This document shows positions 61,173 to 64,000 of a stretch of DNA of 64,000 nucleotides, one piece after another. This DNA comes from an uncultured Candidatus Rokubacteria bacterium (GTDB taxonomy: Bacteria; Methylomirabilota; Methylomirabilia; Rokubacteriales; CSP1-6). Each line of letters begins with the position of its first letter. Within the stretch, counting starts at the first letter, position 1. The DNA lies in contig CAVXJS010000013.1 of the NCBI GenBank assembly GCA_963762145.1, positions 64,001 to 128,000 on the forward strand, written 5' to 3'. The notes beneath the pieces are model-generated. The model saw nothing but the letters and a program-made list of their open reading frames with translations. It made no database searches and was not told the DNA's origin. The translations under genes were made by a program, and so were the position numbers.

Positions 61173-61209
61173 GTGTTGCAACCCTATGGCACCTGTTTCA
61201 CGCCGTCAA
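61165..61209 (-). promoter_or_regulatory. chrB promoter and palindromic operator
   Basis: Minus strand TTGACG - 17 bp - TAGGGT; perfect palindrome TGCAACA-TG-TGTTGCA (61165-61180) over the predicted TSS and ATG. Confidence 0.65.
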
Positions 61210-61229
61210 GCGGAAACCTCGGTGGTGAC

Positions 61230-61262
61230 TTGACAGATATACTCCTCGCCTGTTTAGTATAT
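61230..61262 (+). promoter_or_regulatory. Promoter with candidate LexA-like operator
   Basis: TTGACA at 61230; ATATACT-N12-AGTATAT palindrome; core shared with 54635-54656. Confidence 0.55.
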
Positions 61263-61284
61263 AGGTCCCACAGGAGGTGCTGAG

Positions 61285-61563
61285 ATGAAGGCACTGGAGA
61301 GGCTGCTGCAGGACGAGTTGAACCGCTTGCTTGACCGGATCGCCGTGCGCGCAGGGGAAGAGACCGCCGCCGGCCTCAAGTCCGATCTGAGGGCTCCCCT
61401 CGAGCGCTGTGAGGATCGGCTGACCGCACTGCGCGCGGCGCTGCTGGATGGCTACGACGAGTGGACGCGGACCCTCGAGGAGTGCGAGGACCTCTGGGCG
61501 GTGGCCGCGCTCCGCAAGGAGGGCGCGGAGGCGCCGACGCGGATCAACCGAATAGCCGCTTGA
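61285..61563 (+). CDS. Hypothetical 92-aa helical protein
   Basis: AGGAGGT RBS; own promoter; acidic coiled-coil-like sequence; no recognisable motif. Confidence 0.7.
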   Translation: MKALERLLQDELNRLLDRIAVRAGEETAAGLKSDLRAPLERCEDRLTALRAALLDGYDEWTRTLEECEDLWAVAALRKEGAEAPTRINRIAA

Positions 61564-62002
61564 GCCACCCGGGTCCGCTCGGGTCGGCCAGCCGCTGCGC
61601 GGCGTACTGCCCCCGGTAGCGCTCGAAGCGCTGCCAGTAATCGGGGAGGCGGCGGGCCAGCCACACCTGGCCGGTGAGCAGGCGCGCGGGCTCGTCGCCC
61701 GCGGCGGCCTCGGCCTCGTCGAAGGCGGGACGCAGGTCCGCGCGCAGCTCGGCCACGTAGGCATCGCGCAGCCAGGCGAGCAGGGCCCGCGAGCAGGCCT
61801 CGAACTCGGCGCGATCGGCGGTGCTGGTGGTCTCGGGCGCGGGGCGTCCGGTGGCCGCGCGCAGGTCCACCATGAGCTTGAGCGCGGCCATCTCCACGGC
61901 TTCCTCGATGCGCTCGCGGAGCTGGGCCTGGATGCGCTCCATCAGCCCGCGCGCGTCGCCGTGCTGATGGGGGAAGGCGCCGTGCACCGGCCACTCGCTC
62001 AT
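61544..62002 (-). CDS. Hypothetical protein
   Basis: ATGA-coupled to the upstream epimerase; ends in amphipathic GWLKRLFG. Confidence 0.65.
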   Translation of the reverse strand: MSEWPVHGAFPHQHGDARGLMERIQAQLRERIEEAVEMAALKLMVDLRAATGRPAPETTSTADRAEFEACSRALLAWLRDAYVAELRADLRPAFDEAEAAAGDEPARLLTGQVWLARRLPDYWQRFERYRGQYAAQRLADPSGPGWLKRLFG

Positions 62003-62904
62003 GGCGTCGCGAACATGCGCGTGAGGCCGGTGGCGAGCGGCTCGGGCCGCAGGCCCAGCTCGGTGAAGAACCGCGAGGGATCGGTCACGCTCTCCTCTTC
62101 CAGCATGATGAGCTGATCGGTCGACAGCGGATAGAACGGCAGCCAGTCGAGCGCGCGGGTCAGTCCACGCACGGGGGCCAGGGGCACGTGCAGCTTGCGC
62201 ACGCGGGCGCGCCCGACCGCGCGGCCGATCGCGTCGAGCAGGTCCACGAAGGGGTACGGAGTGGGGCCGGCCACCTCGTACGTCTGCCGCACACTCTCGG
62301 TCGTGCGCAGCGCGCGGCCGAAGCCCTCCGCGACCTGCTCCACCGCGACCGGCTGGAGCCGATAGCGCCCGTCGCCGAGCACCGGCATCACGGGGAGCCG
62401 CTTGACCGCGCGTCCCAGCACGGACATGAAGGCGTCGCCGCGCCCGAAGATGATGGACGGCCGGAAGATGGTCCACTCCAGGTCGCTCGCGCGCACGGCT
62501 TCCTCCGCCGCCCACTTCGTCTGGTGATACCGCGCGCGGGCGCCGGGCCGGGTGCCCAGCGCGCTCATCTGGGCAAAGCGCTTGATGCCGGCGGCGCGCG
62601 CGAGGGCGAGCATGTTCCGGGTGGCCTGGACGTGCAGACGATCGAAGGTGACGCCGCGCCCGCGCTGCTCTCGGATGATGCCGACCAGATGCACGAGCGC
62701 GCTGCAGCCCTCCACGCTCGCGACGAGCCCATCGGGTTGCAGCACGTCGCCGGGCACGCGGTCGATGGATTCGAAGCCCTTGAGGTCCGCCTCGGAGCCC
62801 GGCCGGACGAGGCAGCGGACGAGAAAACCCTGCGCAAGAAGTGCGCGGACGACCGCCTTGCCGACGAAGCCGGTCCCGCCGGTCACGAACACGCGCTGCG
62901 CCAC
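61999..62904 (-). CDS. NDUFA9-like NAD(P)-binding epimerase/SDR
   Basis: VFVTGGTGFVG, HLVGIIRE, MSALG, YHQTK, FRPSIIFG, QPVAVEQVA. Confidence 0.88.
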   Translation of the reverse strand: MAQRVFVTGGTGFVGKAVVRALLAQGFLVRCLVRPGSEADLKGFESIDRVPGDVLQPDGLVASVEGCSALVHLVGIIREQRGRGVTFDRLHVQATRNMLALARAAGIKRFAQMSALGTRPGARARYHQTKWAAEEAVRASDLEWTIFRPSIIFGRGDAFMSVLGRAVKRLPVMPVLGDGRYRLQPVAVEQVAEGFGRALRTTESVRQTYEVAGPTPYPFVDLLDAIGRAVGRARVRKLHVPLAPVRGLTRALDWLPFYPLSTDQLIMLEEESVTDPSRFFTELGLRPEPLATGLTRMFATP

Positions 62905-62978
62905 GGGCGAATCGTAGCACGGGCCGGGGCGCCGCGATTTTCGCGGGGCGCGTATACGCGAGCCCGTATCATAGGGCC

Positions 62979-64000
62979 ATGCGGTTTCGCTCGGCCGGGC
63001 TCTGGCTCCCCGTGCTTCTCCTTCCCGTGATGGTGGTCGCGGCGAGGCCTGCGCCGGTCCCGGCCCAGCCGGTGACCTGGCAGGTCGCGGTGGACGAGGC
63101 GATACGGGACGCGGTGGCCTCGTCGGAGATCCCGGGCGCGGTCTTCGTCGTCGGCCAGGGCGATCAGATCCTCCACCGCAAGGTCCTGGGCTGGCGCGCC
63201 ACGGTGCCGCATCCCGAGCTGATGACCGCGGACACGATCTTCGACATCGCGTCACTCACGAAGGTGATCGCCACCGCGCCCTCGGTCCTGCGACTCTGGG
63301 AGCTGGGCAAGATCGATCTGAACGCGCCGCTCGGTCGATACCTGAAGGAGTTCGACACCGCCGCGTTCCAGGACGTGACCGTGATGCGCCTGCTCACGCA
63401 CTCCGCCGGGATGAACGATCTGCCCTCGCGCGAAGCCATGACCAAGGGCTTCCCGGAGGCCGGGCGCATCCAGGCCCGGGCCGGGCTCGCGGTCCCGCCG
63501 GGCAACACGTTCCTCTACAGCGACACCGGCTTCATCCTCCTCGGCGAGCTGGTCCGGCGCGTGAGCGGCGAGCCGCTCGACACCTTCGCGCGGAAGCAGT
63601 TCTATGCCCCGCTCGGCATGCGCGATACGGCCTTCGACCCGCCCGCCGCGTGGCGCAAGCGCATCGCGCCCACCGAGGCGGTGAACAACCAGGGCCCGCT
63701 CCGCGGCGTGGTCCACGACGGCAACGCGCGCCTGCTACGCGGCATCGCGGGGCACGCCGGCCTCTTCTCGACCGCGAGCGATCTGAGCCGGTTCTGCCGC
63801 ATGCTGCTGGCCGGCGGCCAGCTCGGGGGCCGGCGCTACCTGAAGGAGGCCACGGTCAAGGCCATGTTCGCGCCGCACGTGATCGGCGAGTCCACGCGCG
63901 GCCTCGGCTGGGACATCGCCTCACCCTACTCGCGTACGCTCGGCGCGTACTTCCCGTCGACGTCGGTCGGCCACACCGGGTTCACCGGCACCGCGATCTG
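62979..64000 (+). CDS. Secreted serine hydrolase, beta-lactamase class C-like (truncated by the window edge)
   Basis: Signal peptide; FDIASLTK (SxxK), LLTHSAG, FLYSD, GVVHDGNA, GHAGLFS, GHTGFTG; absent from the ORF track because it has no stop in the window. Confidence 0.88.
   Translation, partial: MRFRSAGLWLPVLLLPVMVVAARPAPVPAQPVTWQVAVDEAIRDAVASSEIPGAVFVVGQGDQILHRKVLGWRATVPHPELMTADTIFDIASLTKVIATAPSVLRLWELGKIDLNAPLGRYLKEFDTAAFQDVTVMRLLTHSAGMNDLPSREAMTKGFPEAGRIQARAGLAVPPGNTFLYSDTGFILLGELVRRVSGEPLDTFARKQFYAPLGMRDTAFDPPAAWRKRIAPTEAVNNQGPLRGVVHDGNARLLRGIAGHAGLFSTASDLSRFCRMLLAGGQLGGRRYLKEATVKAMFAPHVIGESTRGLGWDIASPYSRTLGAYFPSTSVGHTGFTGTAI

Overview
A very GC-rich bacterial chromosomal window. Its gene content (expanded LIV-type ABC systems, a zinc-ribbon/cyclase/STAND/TPR protein, a stand-alone ABC_sub_bind protein, CCCTCTCCCC..GGGGAGAGGG repeats) is typical of Ca. 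Rokubacteria (Methylomirabilota); that assignment is inference. Many genes carry single-base indels, densest at 38.7-42.5 kb (uvrA, pyk), most likely long-read assembly errors. 1-25 kb: acyl-CoA catabolism with three branched-chain-type ABC transporters, two of them with an embedded acyl-CoA ligase. 25-31 kb: Phd-like antitoxin + zeta-like P-loop toxin with a clear operator, transaldolase, a broken DUF222-HNH gene, and an ECF sigma / Ogt-Ada-Zn fusion / 2OG-Fe(II) oxygenase cassette. 31-57 kb: FAAL, transporters, uvrA, pyk, a degenerate cyclase-STAND protein, aminotransferases, a candidate UGA-recoded (selenocysteine) disulfide oxidoreductase followed by a second possible UGA-recoded membrane peptide, and a DNA-repair radical SAM gene. 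57-64 kb: a variant chromate operon, hypothetical genes and a serine hydrolase. Best leads: (1) an alkylation response apparently wired through an ECF sigma and an Ogt-Ada sensor rather than AraC-type Ada; (2) hidden selenoprotein(s); (3) a shared LexA-like box marking an unknown 92-aa gene as a possible SOS gene; (4) pervasive leaderless and bidirectional promoters. No CRISPR array, rRNA or tRNA was recognised.
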